DNA from: an uncultured Gemmatimonadales bacterium
GTDB lineage: Bacteria; Gemmatimonadota; Gemmatimonadetes; Gemmatimonadales; Gemmatimonadaceae
DNA: 64,000 nt
Direction of reading: 5' to 3'
Assembly: GCA_963701965.1 (NCBI GenBank)
Contig: OY969695.1
Span: forward strand, 1,472,001-1,536,000
The notes under the pieces are model-generated. The model worked only from the letters and a program-made list of their open reading frames with translations. It was not told where the DNA came from and did no database searches. Shown piece by piece: positions 55,062-64,000 of the stretch; the stretch's first letter is position 1, and each line of letters starts with the position of its first letter. A program made the position numbers and the translations under genes.

Positions 55062-55088
55062 CGGCCCATACGATATATTCCGTGCGCC

Positions 55089-55835
55089 ATGCCCCGCCAC
55101 CCCCTGGTCGCCGTGACGGCTACCACCCGGCCGGACGGCGGAGTCGTCCGCGTCCGCTTGAGCGTGGCGTATCTCGCGTCGCTCGACGGCGCCGGCCTCA
55201 CGCCGATCGTCGTACCGCCGTTCGAGCCGTGCGCGGACGCCCGCGCGATCCTCGACGCCGTATCCGGTCTCGTCCTCACCGGCGGTGAGGACGTCGAGCC
55301 CGCGCGCTACGGTGCTACCCCGCACCCGCATCTCAGTACCGTTCATGCCGGTCGCGACGCGACGGAGCTCCGGCTCCTCGAGGGCGCGCGCGCGCGCCGC
55401 CTGCCGACTCTGGCGATCTGCCGCGGCATTCAGGTGCTCAACGTGGCGCTCGGGGGCACGTTGATCCAGGATCTTCCCAGCGAGCATCCGAGCGCGATCG
55501 CGCACGACAGCGACGGGCCGCGCGCGGCGCGATCGCACGCGGTGACGATCACACCGGGCTCGCGCCTCGCCGCGACGGTCGGGCGGACGGAGATCGCCGT
55601 CAACTCGTACCATCATCAGGCCGTGGATACCGTCGCCGAAGGACTCGTCGTGAGTGCCCGCGCGCCGGACGGCGTCATCGAGGCGGTGGAGACTGCGCCC
55701 TCTAACCCGTGGTGGGTGCTGGGGATACAGTGGCATCCCGAGGACTTGACGGGTCTTCCCGAACCGTGGGATCGCGCGTTGTTCGCGTCGTTCGCCACCC
55801 AAGTGGACGAAACTCCACCCGCCGGCCGCTCGTAA
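55089..55835 (+). CDS. Gamma-glutamyl-gamma-aminobutyrate hydrolase family (peptidase C26, class I GATase-like)
   Basis: GLVLTGGEDV, LAICRGIQVLNVALGGTLIQD, VNSYHHQAV, GIQWHPE. Confidence 0.93.
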   Translation: MPRHPLVAVTATTRPDGGVVRVRLSVAYLASLDGAGLTPIVVPPFEPCADARAILDAVSGLVLTGGEDVEPARYGATPHPHLSTVHAGRDATELRLLEGARARRLPTLAICRGIQVLNVALGGTLIQDLPSEHPSAIAHDSDGPRAARSHAVTITPGSRLAATVGRTEIAVNSYHHQAVDTVAEGLVVSARAPDGVIEAVETAPSNPWWVLGIQWHPEDLTGLPEPWDRALFASFATQVDETPPAGRS

Positions 55836-55848
55836 TACTGGATATACT

Positions 55849-56103
55849 ATGTTCACAATAGTTCTAGAGGGCGTGCTGTTCGTCACGTTGATCGTGACGG
55901 GGGCCGCCCTCTTTTTCGTGGTGCTCATGCAGTTCACCCCATTCGGGACGCGCGTCCGCCAGGACCGGAATCGCCGCCGCATTGAGCGTGCGGCAGCACG
56001 CGTGTGTGCCCTGCACGGGCCCCACGCGGAGTCGGAGATGGTGCGATTGCCGGACGGCGAGCGCGTGTGCCCTGAATGCTACTCGGAGATCGTTCATGAC
56101 TAG
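55849..56103 (+). CDS. Small membrane protein with a C-terminal Zn-finger-like motif
   Basis: N-terminal TM, then CALHG...CPEC. Overlaps the SPFH start. Confidence 0.7.
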   Translation: MFTIVLEGVLFVTLIVTGAALFFVVLMQFTPFGTRVRQDRNRRRIERAAARVCALHGPHAESEMVRLPDGERVCPECYSEIVHD

Positions 56104-56981
56104 TGTCGATCCGCAGTTCGCGCGTGTCGGGCGGCTGTTGGGCATAGGAGTGGGCTTCTTGCTCGTCATTCTCCTCCTGCCCAACACGGCCAAGTACATC
56201 AGCCCGGGGCACGTGGGCATCGTCATTCACCGCGCGGGCGGCGGCGTCGATCCGACGCCGCTGGGCTCCGGGCTGCACATGCGCAATCCGCTGTTCACCG
56301 AGATCGTGGAGTACCCGACCTACATGCAGACGCTCGTGCTCACGCGCGCGTCGAACGAGGGCTCGGCCAACAACGACGAGATCAACGTCAACAGCGTCGA
56401 GGGACAGCCGCTGTCGCTCGAATGTCTCGCTGTCGTTTCAACTGGATCCGACCAAAGTTCCGAATCTCTACACGACGTTCCGCACGGACATCGAAACCAT
56501 TCAGCACGGCTACGTCCGCCAATCGGTGCGGCAGGCGTTGCAGGAAGTCGTCGGGCAGGAGCACATCGCCGATATCATCGGGCCCAAGAAAACCGAGGCG
56601 ACGTCGCGCACCGAAGCGATGCTGCAGGAACGGCTGTCGCCCTACGGCATCGACGTCAAGCAGTTCACCATCAACGAGCTCCGGCCGCCGCAGTCGGTGG
56701 TCGAAGCGATCAATACCAAGAACGTGATGCAGCAACAGGCACTGACGGCGCAGAACGAGCTGCAGAAGAACCAATTTCAGGCCAGCGGTGATTCGATCAA
56801 GGCGGCCGGGCACGCGAAAGCGATCCTGGCCGAGGCCGAGGCGCAGGCCCGGGCCAACGATCTGTTGTCCAAGAGCATCACGCCGACGCTGGTGCAGTAC
56901 GAGATGGTGAAGCATTGGAATGGGCAAATGCCGCAGGTGACGGGGGCATCCATGCCCATGATCCAACTGCCCAAGCCGTAG
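56096..56981 (+). pseudogene. SPFH/prohibitin (band 7) protein with a +1 frameshift at about 56421 (likely sequencing error)
   Basis: ISPGHVGIV...GLHMRNP...NSVEGQPLSL. Deleting one A gives DVSLSFQLDPTKVPNLYTTFR, in frame with ORF 56526..56981 (AEAEAQARANDLLSKSITPTLVQYEMVKHWNGQMP). Confidence 0.88.
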
Positions 56982-57713
56982 CTAGCTCAGGAGCTTCCAG
57001 CGCGCCTCATCGCGCACCTGGCGCATGAGACGCTCCGGCGAATGCCGGTTGGCGAAGAGCGTCCGGTCGCTCACGCGGTTGAGCGCGACCCGCAGTAATG
57101 GGAAGCGCTCGGCCGCCGAGGCGTACAAGTTCACGAGACCGTGCTCGCTGGCCAACCGGTGGTCGGCAGCGAGCTGGTAGCCGCGGCGTCCCGCCTCTTC
57201 GTAGTAATCGAGATCGGGCGCGCCCCGCCGGTGATGCCGCCCGGCGATGTACTCGGGAAACATCCCACTCAACCACAAGGCGTAGTTCCCCAGATGCGCC
57301 CGCGCCAGGAACGCGCGTCGTGCATCCGGCCCGTCGACCGCCGCCAAGAGCTCGGCGACCGTGTCGTACGTGGCATCGTCGGCCTCACCGATCCGATAGG
57401 CCCGCTGTTGCAATCCGAAATGCAACATGATCGACGCCACGTAGTCGGCGAGGACGCGATCGTGCTCCCCCACGGACTGCATGGCGTGCCGCACGATGAC
57501 GTAAGCGAACAGTTGGATCGACGCGCAGGCGCCCTGGCGCGACTCCATGAGCGCATCGACGAGCCGTGGATCGTCGAGTAGAGGGTCCAGCCCCTCATCG
57601 CGCAGCACGCCCTCGGCGCGTTCCAGATCGCTCGCGCTGCCGCGGGCGATCAAACGCACGACCAGTTGCGCATCGTCCCGCCGGAGCGCGTGTCGCACAT
57701 CAGCCAGGATCAT
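56982..57713 (-). CDS. Hypothetical all-helical protein
   Basis: 243 aa with SD GAGGGAGGG upstream. Motif-like HLGNYALWLSGMFPE and DLDYYEEAGRRGY. Confidence 0.8.
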   Translation of the reverse strand: MILADVRHALRRDDAQLVVRLIARGSASDLERAEGVLRDEGLDPLLDDPRLVDALMESRQGACASIQLFAYVIVRHAMQSVGEHDRVLADYVASIMLHFGLQQRAYRIGEADDATYDTVAELLAAVDGPDARRAFLARAHLGNYALWLSGMFPEYIAGRHHRRGAPDLDYYEEAGRRGYQLAADHRLASEHGLVNLYASAAERFPLLRVALNRVSDRTLFANRHSPERLMRQVRDEARWKLLS

Positions 57714-57745
57714 CGCGTGTTCCCTCCCTCACTCTGTCGTACACC

Positions 57746-59281
57746 TCAGCGGGGCCTTGTGTCCCTATTGGCAAGAGCCATTCCGAGGTCGAACATGAGC
57801 AGGTCGACGTGGGCCAGTTTGTCGAAGTCGATTTTCGCCGGTTCGTCGGTGACCCGGTGATAGTCGGCGTGGAGCCCTGTCGTAAGGAAGACGATCGGCA
57901 CCCCCTTTCGGGCATAGTTGTAATGGTCCGACCGGTAGTAGATCTGCTCCGGGTGGGTCGGCGAATCCCATTCCCGGTCGAACGCGAACGGGTGCGCGAG
58001 ATGGGCGTTCACCGAGTCCAAGACCTGCCCCAGCACACGACTCTGGTCGTGCGGCGCGGCGTTGGGTCCGACGACGTAGAGCGACTCGGGCGCGTTACGC
58101 CCGATCATGTCGGCGTTGATCTGCGCCACGATCGAGTCGAGCGGCACGGTGGGATGGGCCGTGAAGTATCCCGATCCGAGCAGTCCCTTTTCCTCCCCCA
58201 CATGCCAGACGAAGAGCACGGACCGGCGCGGCGGCTCGCGCCGGAACGCCCGCGCCAACGCCAGGAGTGCCACACTGCCCGACCCATCGTCGTCGGCGCC
58301 ATTGGCGATCGAATCGCCGTGCTCCGCCGGCTGAATCCCGATGTGATCGTAGTGCGCGCCGAACGCCACGTACGTGTCCTTGAGTTGCGGATCGTGCCCC
58401 GGCACGATGGCGACGACGTTGTATGACGTGACGCGCTGCTGCAACGACTCGACGTGACCCGTGAAGTGGCGGTGACGCAGCAGCCGCGGCGTGCCGTCCA
58501 TCCAGTGATCGGGAAGAAGGGGCGTACGGCTCGATGCGGTGCCGATGAGGATCATGGGGATGGGGCGCTCTTCGTCCGGCACCACGGCGCGGGACGGACC
58601 GGCCGGTTCCAGCGATCGTCCCAACTCGGACCGGAGCCGCGCCGAAAGTCCGGCCGACGGGCCGGTCAGCAGCACGATGACCGCGGCGGGATGTCGCGGG
58701 ATGAGCCGCTGCAAGCGCGTCGAGATCGCCGACTCGGCCTCGAGCGCCGCCCGCGCCTCGGACGACGCGCCCGGCGGCGCGCCGTTCACGACGACGACCA
58801 CGCGGCCTTTCACGCTGACGCGATCGAAGTCGTCGGTACCCTGGCGCTGCAACCCGTAGCCGGCGAACACCAGGTCCCCCTCGGCGTTGGCCTTGGGGGG
58901 CGGCGCGTTGTCGCCCGTCGCCAAAATGGGGGTGAGGTCCGTGACGTTCGCGCCCGACACGGTGAACCGCGTCGATGGGCCCAGCATGGCGCGCTGCAAG
59001 GGAACCCGCTGGTAGTACCCGCTGTCCCCGGCCGGGTCGAGACCGAGCGCGGTGAGTCGGGTGACGAGAAATGCCGCGGCGCGGCGCTCATCCGGCGTGC
59101 CCGTCTCGCGCCCGCGAAACGAGTCCGATGCGAAGACCATGAGGTCCTGCCGCAACTCGTCCGCGGTCGGTACCGGCGCGCGCATGGCCGCCGGAGCGGG
59201 AAGCCCCGGTGCCACGAGCGGGGCGCTGGCGCACCCGGCGGTCACGAGGACCGCCGCCAGCACGCCGTGGGGCTTCCGCAT
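57746..59281 (-). CDS. M28 family aminopeptidase with PA domain (lipoprotein)
   Basis: Lipobox VTAGC, GRETGT, GAHYDHIG, NGADDDGSG, GEEKGLLGS, NADMIGR, RSDHY, DYHRVTD. Confidence 0.93.
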   Translation of the reverse strand: MRKPHGVLAAVLVTAGCASAPLVAPGLPAPAAMRAPVPTADELRQDLMVFASDSFRGRETGTPDERRAAAFLVTRLTALGLDPAGDSGYYQRVPLQRAMLGPSTRFTVSGANVTDLTPILATGDNAPPPKANAEGDLVFAGYGLQRQGTDDFDRVSVKGRVVVVVNGAPPGASSEARAALEAESAISTRLQRLIPRHPAAVIVLLTGPSAGLSARLRSELGRSLEPAGPSRAVVPDEERPIPMILIGTASSRTPLLPDHWMDGTPRLLRHRHFTGHVESLQQRVTSYNVVAIVPGHDPQLKDTYVAFGAHYDHIGIQPAEHGDSIANGADDDGSGSVALLALARAFRREPPRRSVLFVWHVGEEKGLLGSGYFTAHPTVPLDSIVAQINADMIGRNAPESLYVVGPNAAPHDQSRVLGQVLDSVNAHLAHPFAFDREWDSPTHPEQIYYRSDHYNYARKGVPIVFLTTGLHADYHRVTDEPAKIDFDKLAHVDLLMFDLGMALANRDTRPR

Positions 59282-59341
59282 GTCCCAAGGACTGGCGGGG
59301 CGCCTCCGGCGAAACAGCCCGTGTCTCATTATGATGTCGGC

Positions 59342-60193
59342 ATGCGCACGTTATCAGCCCTCTTGGTCCCGCTCACGATCTTCTCCTATGACGCCTCCAA
59401 GCCGCTCAACGTGAAGCTTGGCAAGACGGAAGCCGTCGGCGGCGTTCATGTGACGGAAGTCTCCTACGACTCCCCCAAAGGGGGCCGCGTGCCCGGCTAC
59501 CTCGTGATCCCGCCGGGGCGCGGTCCGTTCGCCGGCATCGTGTCCATGCACTGGGGACAGGGCAACAAGAGCGAATGGCTGGCCGAGGGACTGGCCATGG
59601 CGCGACACGGCGCGGTCTCCGTGATGATCGACGCGCCGTACTTGCGGCCCGACGTTCCGCCCGACACCACCAGCGCGGCGCGGACCGAGCGCGATGGCTA
59701 CATCCAAATGGTCGTGGATCTCCGGCGCGCCGTGGACCTGCTGGTGGCGCGCCCCGACATCGATCCGCATCGTATCGGCTACGTCGGACACTCGCTGGGC
59801 GCCACGTGGGGCGGGCCGTTGGCAGCCGTGGAAAAGCGGATCACGATCTTCGTGCTCATGGGCGGGTTGCCGTCATTGACCAACTACGACGACGACAGCT
59901 TCGCCGCCGAGATGCAACGCGCGTCGACACCGCGCGACAAGTTTCAAGCCTATGCGGCCGTGATGGAACCGTACAATCCCGTGCATTTCCTCGCCGGGAC
60001 GGGCCCCGCGAAGATCTACTTCCAATGGGCGACGCACGACATGTACATCAGCCGGCACTCGGCCGACGCGTACTACGCCGCGGTCGGGGGTCCAAAAGAA
60101 CAGCACTGGTATTTCACGAGCCACGAGTTCAACGACGAGCAGTCGCGCACGGATCGGCGGGCGTGGCTCAGCAGCGCCTTGTCCCTCCGCTAG
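59342..60193 (+). CDS. Alpha/beta hydrolase (esterase-like)
   Basis: VPGYLVIP, DLRRAVDLL, nucleophile elbow GHSLG, C-terminal His (SHEF). TATGAT 6 nt upstream. Confidence 0.88.
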   Translation: MRTLSALLVPLTIFSYDASKPLNVKLGKTEAVGGVHVTEVSYDSPKGGRVPGYLVIPPGRGPFAGIVSMHWGQGNKSEWLAEGLAMARHGAVSVMIDAPYLRPDVPPDTTSAARTERDGYIQMVVDLRRAVDLLVARPDIDPHRIGYVGHSLGATWGGPLAAVEKRITIFVLMGGLPSLTNYDDDSFAAEMQRASTPRDKFQAYAAVMEPYNPVHFLAGTGPAKIYFQWATHDMYISRHSADAYYAAVGGPKEQHWYFTSHEFNDEQSRTDRRAWLSSALSLR

Positions 60194-61299
60194 CCCTGCG
60201 GTAGCGCCACGCGCCGATAGACGCCGAGCGTCTGCTCGGCCGTCGCCTCGACGGAGAAAGCGCGCACGCGCCCGCGGGCCGCGGCCGCGAGGCGCGCCGC
60301 CAGCGCCGGATCGGACGCGAGGCGCGCGATCCGGTCGCCCAAGGCCGCGCCGTCGCCGATGGGAGCGAGGAGGCCGGTGACATCGTCCCGCACGATCTCG
60401 GGAATGCCGCCGGCCGCCGTCGCCGCCACGGCGCCGCCGAACGCCATCGCGTCCAACAACACGGTCCCCAGCCCTTCCTCGCGCGAGCTGAGCGTCACGA
60501 CGTTGGCGGCCGCGATCAGGGCATCGGCATCGGCGCGATAGCCCGTCACGCGGAGGACGTCTTCGAGATCCAGCTCGCGAACCGCGGCCGTCACCTCGCC
60601 CCGCAGGTGTCCGTCGCCGACGAGCAAGGCCCGCAACGCCGGCACCCGCCGGTGCGCCACCGCGACGGCGCGGACGAACGTCAGCGGGTCTTTGTGCCCG
60701 ACGAGGGCGGACACCTGCACGACCACCGGCGCGCCGGGCGGCACGCCCAACGCCGCCAGCGTGGCCGACGACGCCGCGTCGACGCGGCGATCCAGGTCAA
60801 CGCCGCTGGGGATGACGGTGATGCGATCGGGCGCCACGCCGCTCGCGCGCAGCGCGGCGCCCACGGCGTCCGAGATCGCGATGACTGCCGATGCCCGGCG
60901 GTATTTCCAACGCGTGAAGGCGTTGTCGTTGAGCCGGAAGTCGACGCGTCGGGTCACAACCAAGCGGGCGGCCGTCCCCAGCGTCGCCAGCGCGCCCAGC
61001 GCCACGGCGTGACCGCTGTGCGCGTGCACGATCGTCGCATTCGCCCGTCGCATCGCCCGCCGGAGCGACCAGACGGCCAGGGGATCCCCCTCGACGAATG
61101 GCCGCAACGGCCAGACATTGAGTCCTTCCGCGACCGCCCGGTCGGCCAACGGCTGACCCGACCGCGCGGCCAGGAGCGTGCCGTGACCCTGCGCGCGGAG
61201 CGCACGGGCCAGCCAGAGCGTCTGCCGCTGGCCTCCCCGCCAGCCGCGCTCGGTGTCCACGTGCAGAACGTTCAACCGGTCGATAAAATGACGGTCCAT
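60190..61299 (-). CDS. GT4 family glycosyltransferase
   Basis: WRGGQRQ, IVHAHSGH, HKDPLTF, EEGLGTVLLDAM, GGIPEIV. Start is ATG 61299 or TTG 61275. Confidence 0.92.
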   Translation of the reverse strand: MDRHFIDRLNVLHVDTERGWRGGQRQTLWLARALRAQGHGTLLAARSGQPLADRAVAEGLNVWPLRPFVEGDPLAVWSLRRAMRRANATIVHAHSGHAVALGALATLGTAARLVVTRRVDFRLNDNAFTRWKYRRASAVIAISDAVGAALRASGVAPDRITVIPSGVDLDRRVDAASSATLAALGVPPGAPVVVQVSALVGHKDPLTFVRAVAVAHRRVPALRALLVGDGHLRGEVTAAVRELDLEDVLRVTGYRADADALIAAANVVTLSSREEGLGTVLLDAMAFGGAVAATAAGGIPEIVRDDVTGLLAPIGDGAALGDRIARLASDPALAARLAAAARGRVRAFSVEATAEQTLGVYRRVALPQG

Positions 61300-62323
61300 G
61301 CTGTTGGCCAATGATCGCGCCACGCGTCCGCGAAGGGTACTCCTGGTCGCACTCGACAACCTCGGGGACCTGGTATTCGCGTCGGCCCTGCCGCGGGCGA
61401 TCAAAGCCCACGACCCGGCGGCGACGGTCGGTTTGTGGTGCAAGTCGTACACGGCCGACATCGCGCCGCTGATTCCCGACGTGGATTGGGTGACCGCCGC
61501 CGACCCGTTCTGGGACGACGCGCCAGGCCGCGCCAAGGGCGGGATGCGGGCTTTTTTTCGTGCCATGCGCCGCGTCCGCCGGGCACGGTTCGACGTCGCG
61601 CTGCTGGCCTCGCCGCAGTGGCGGGTCGCCGCGGCGGTGGCTTGGACGGGCATCCCCATGCGGATTGGCCAACGCCGCAATTACAATCGCGGTCTCCTGA
61701 CCACGGTCCTCCCGCCCGCCGACCGCGCCAAGCCGGTCGTGGATGATCTGGGCGCGCTACTCGCGCCCCTTGGTATCGCGCCGGCGCCGCTCACGACCGG
61801 CCTCGACGCCCGTTCGCTCGACGGGCTGCGCGCGGACTACCGGGGTCGACTGGGCTCCGCCCCGGTCGCGGTCGTGAACCCCTTTGTGACCCTGTCGCCG
61901 GTGGGCATTCCGCTGGCGATTTGGATCGACGTCGCACGCGCGCTCAGTGGGCGCGGGTACACCGTAGTGTGGCACGGGACGGCCGCGCAGTTGGCGGGAC
62001 TCGGGAAGGCGTTGCCGCCGGAACCGCAGTGGCGGAACGCCGCCGAATTAGGCGACGGCACGCTCCGCGCCGCGGTGGCCTTGGCGGCGACGGCCGACAT
62101 TTATCTGGGATGCGATTCCGGGCCGTTGCATCTCTCGGCGGCGCTGGGGATCCCCGTGGTCGGGGTGTTTCCTCTGGCCAGCAAGCTGCCGCGATTCAGA
62201 CCGCAGGGGCGCGGACCGGCGCAGATCGTCCAAGGCCCGGTCACTCCCGCCGCGATCCTGGACGCCGTGGACGCCCTCCCGCACCGCGCGCCCGCGACCC
62301 GCGCCCGAGTAGGTTTCCCGTAA
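61298..62323 (+). CDS. GT9 family (heptosyltransferase-like) glycosyltransferase
   Basis: VLLVALDNLGDLV, YLGCDSGPLHLSAALGIPVVGVF. Confidence 0.92.
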   Translation: MLLANDRATRPRRVLLVALDNLGDLVFASALPRAIKAHDPAATVGLWCKSYTADIAPLIPDVDWVTAADPFWDDAPGRAKGGMRAFFRAMRRVRRARFDVALLASPQWRVAAAVAWTGIPMRIGQRRNYNRGLLTTVLPPADRAKPVVDDLGALLAPLGIAPAPLTTGLDARSLDGLRADYRGRLGSAPVAVVNPFVTLSPVGIPLAIWIDVARALSGRGYTVVWHGTAAQLAGLGKALPPEPQWRNAAELGDGTLRAAVALAATADIYLGCDSGPLHLSAALGIPVVGVFPLASKLPRFRPQGRGPAQIVQGPVTPAAILDAVDALPHRAPATRARVGFP

Positions 62324-63066
62324 TGCTCTACATCTGCATCCCCGCGTACAACGAGGCCGATACGGTCGGCCTGCTCCTGTGGCGCATTCGGAAAGTGCTG
62401 CAGGAATTCCCTCGCGAGTATGCGCTCGCGGTCTATGACGACGGCAGCACCAATGCGACCGCGGACATCCTCCGTCCCTATGCCGACGTCGTGCCCCTGA
62501 CCGTGCTCCGCGGCGAGCGGCATCTGGGATACGCGGCGGCGGTCGACGCCCTCTGTCGTTGGGCCGCGCAACAAACCCGCTATGCGCGCCGCGATGCCAT
62601 GATCCTGATGCAGGCCGATTTCACGGATCAGCCCGAGCACCTGCCGGATCTGATCAAGCGATTCGAGGGCGGCGCGGACATCGTGGTCGCCGAAACCCGG
62701 CTGGCGCCGGCGATGCCGCGCGAAGTGCGGCGGCTGCAGCGGGCGGCCCGGTGGATGCTCCGTCCGTTCGTGGCCGTGGACGGCGTGGCCAACCCGTTCG
62801 GGACGTTTCGCTTGTTGCGGATCGCGGTGTTGCGCGACACCATGAAGCGGATCGGCGACGCGCGCTTGGTGCAGCGGGATGGATGGGCCGGCAACGTGGA
62901 GCTCTTGCTCAAGACCGCGCCGGCGGCGCGGCGCATCGAGGTCGCGGAAGTCGATGCGCGCTACGACGTGCGGTTACGGGCCACTCGCGTGCGCCCGCTG
63001 GCCGATGCCATGACCGTGTTCCGGTTTGGCAGCGCGGCGCGGGCGCTCAAAGCTGCGAGCCGCTGA
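62323..63066 (+). CDS. GT2 family glycosyltransferase
   Basis: ICIPAYNEA, VYDDGSTNAT, ILMQADFTDQP, GADIVVA. TAATG coupling with the GT9 gene. Confidence 0.88.
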   Translation: MLYICIPAYNEADTVGLLLWRIRKVLQEFPREYALAVYDDGSTNATADILRPYADVVPLTVLRGERHLGYAAAVDALCRWAAQQTRYARRDAMILMQADFTDQPEHLPDLIKRFEGGADIVVAETRLAPAMPREVRRLQRAARWMLRPFVAVDGVANPFGTFRLLRIAVLRDTMKRIGDARLVQRDGWAGNVELLLKTAPAARRIEVAEVDARYDVRLRATRVRPLADAMTVFRFGSAARALKAASR

Positions 63067-63271
63067 ACCGCTCGCGCAACCGGCGGGCAGTGTCAGGGCT
63101 GACGACGCGAATGATCAGGTACACGATGGCGCCGACGATCGCGATCTTGATCGCGAGAAAGAGCAGCCACAAGGCGATGCCGAAGACGGCGCCGAACACG
63201 CCAAAGAAAATCTTCAGCAGGAAGAGGCCGGCGACCGCGAACAGACCAATGGCGAGAATGGGGCGTAGCAT
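63047..63271 (-). CDS. Small membrane protein
   Basis: 74 aa, highly hydrophobic. SD GAGGAG and upstream TATGAT. Confidence 0.8.
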   Translation of the reverse strand: MLRPILAIGLFAVAGLFLLKIFFGVFGAVFGIALWLLFLAIKIAIVGAIVYLIIRVVSPDTARRLRERFSGSQL

Positions 63272-63331
63272 GTTCCAGTGCTCCTCACAGGTGTCGTATC
63301 ATAATACGGGCTCGGTAGGCCGGGAGTTTCA

Positions 63332-64000
63332 GTGCAGCGCTCGCATCGCGCGGACCTGATCGTCATAGGCGGAGGCGGCGTCGGACTGGCCTCCGCGCTC
63401 GCCGCCGCCGAGTCGGGCCTGACGGTGCTGCTGGTGGCGCGGCACCGCGAAGGCGAAGCGTTCCCGGCGGCCGCCGGAATCCTCGGACCATCGATCGAGT
63501 TGGCCAATCACGAGATCGCCGGCGCCGAGCATGCGTTTGCCGTCGCCGCGCGCGATCGATATCCGACGTATCTGGCCCAGCTCGAAGACCGCTCCGGCGT
63601 GACGGTGCCACTCAACCGGCTCGGCATCCTGCAGGTGAACGAGGCGGCTCGCGTCCCACCCGGCGCGACGTGGTTGGATCGTCCGGCCCTCGGCGCGCTG
63701 GAGCCGGCGCTGGCGGGCGCGGCGGGCGCGTGGTTCTATCCCGACGATGGCGCGGTCGACAACGTCGCCATGCTCCGGGCGCTCGAGGCCGCGGTCGCGC
63801 GGTCGTCGCGTATCCGGCAGGTGGGCGCCCTGGCCCGTGCTGTCGCGTTCGATGGCGACGGCGTGGTCTGTGAGACGACGCACGACTCGCGGCACGAAGC
63901 CGGCCAGCTCGTCTTGGCGGCGGGTGCGTGGAGCCCACTGATCGAGGGTCTGCCGCGCGCCCTGCCGGTCGAGCCGTTGCGCGGCCAGATGCTGTCGCTC
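63332..64000 (+). CDS. thiO: FAD-dependent glycine oxidase ThiO-like (runs off window end)
   Basis: Not in ORF track. From GTG 63332: DLIVIGGGGVGLASA...AAAGILGP...DDGAVDN...LVLAAGAWS...VEPLRGQML. SD GGGAG upstream. Confidence 0.8.
   Translation, partial: MQRSHRADLIVIGGGGVGLASALAAAESGLTVLLVARHREGEAFPAAAGILGPSIELANHEIAGAEHAFAVAARDRYPTYLAQLEDRSGVTVPLNRLGILQVNEAARVPPGATWLDRPALGALEPALAGAAGAWFYPDDGAVDNVAMLRALEAAVARSSRIRQVGALARAVAFDGDGVVCETTHDSRHEAGQLVLAAGAWSPLIEGLPRALPVEPLRGQMLSL

Overview
High-GC (roughly 70% by eye) bacterial chromosomal window, densely coding, with no tRNA/rRNA, CRISPR array, prophage or IS element that I can support. Gene content and order suggest a Gemmatimonadota-like diderm (inference). 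It holds about 70 CDS. Left to right: uvrA 5' part; a TPR/hypothetical/ABC exporter unit; a VOC-AraC pair; a cytochrome c maturation cluster (ccmE with a CxxxY motif, ccmF, ccmH-like, zinc-ribbon CcmI-like); glpK-mtnA-topoisomerase IB; recF-DUF721-gyrB; thymidine phosphorylase; a divK/pleD-like signalling cluster running into GAF-ligA-V4R, then PRTase, TPR and an orphan ParA; folE-SDR next to a probable 6S RNA; an archaeal-style nurA-herA-(exported protein)-sbcD/mre11-sbcC/rad50-GNAT cluster; a degenerate DEAD-box-like protein; coaE-gcvH-lipoate ligase; a peptide ABC plus POT uptake operon; PspA-like and SPFH membrane genes; glycosyltransferases; and thiO 5' part. Two window-wide patterns stand out. 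At least 16 genes have a TAnnnT box 6-9 nt upstream of the start codon (leaderless-type architecture). All four frameshifts found (in three genes) are the same GATG->GAATG +1 insertion, probably a systematic sequencing error. All calls come from reading motifs by eye; no database searches were run.
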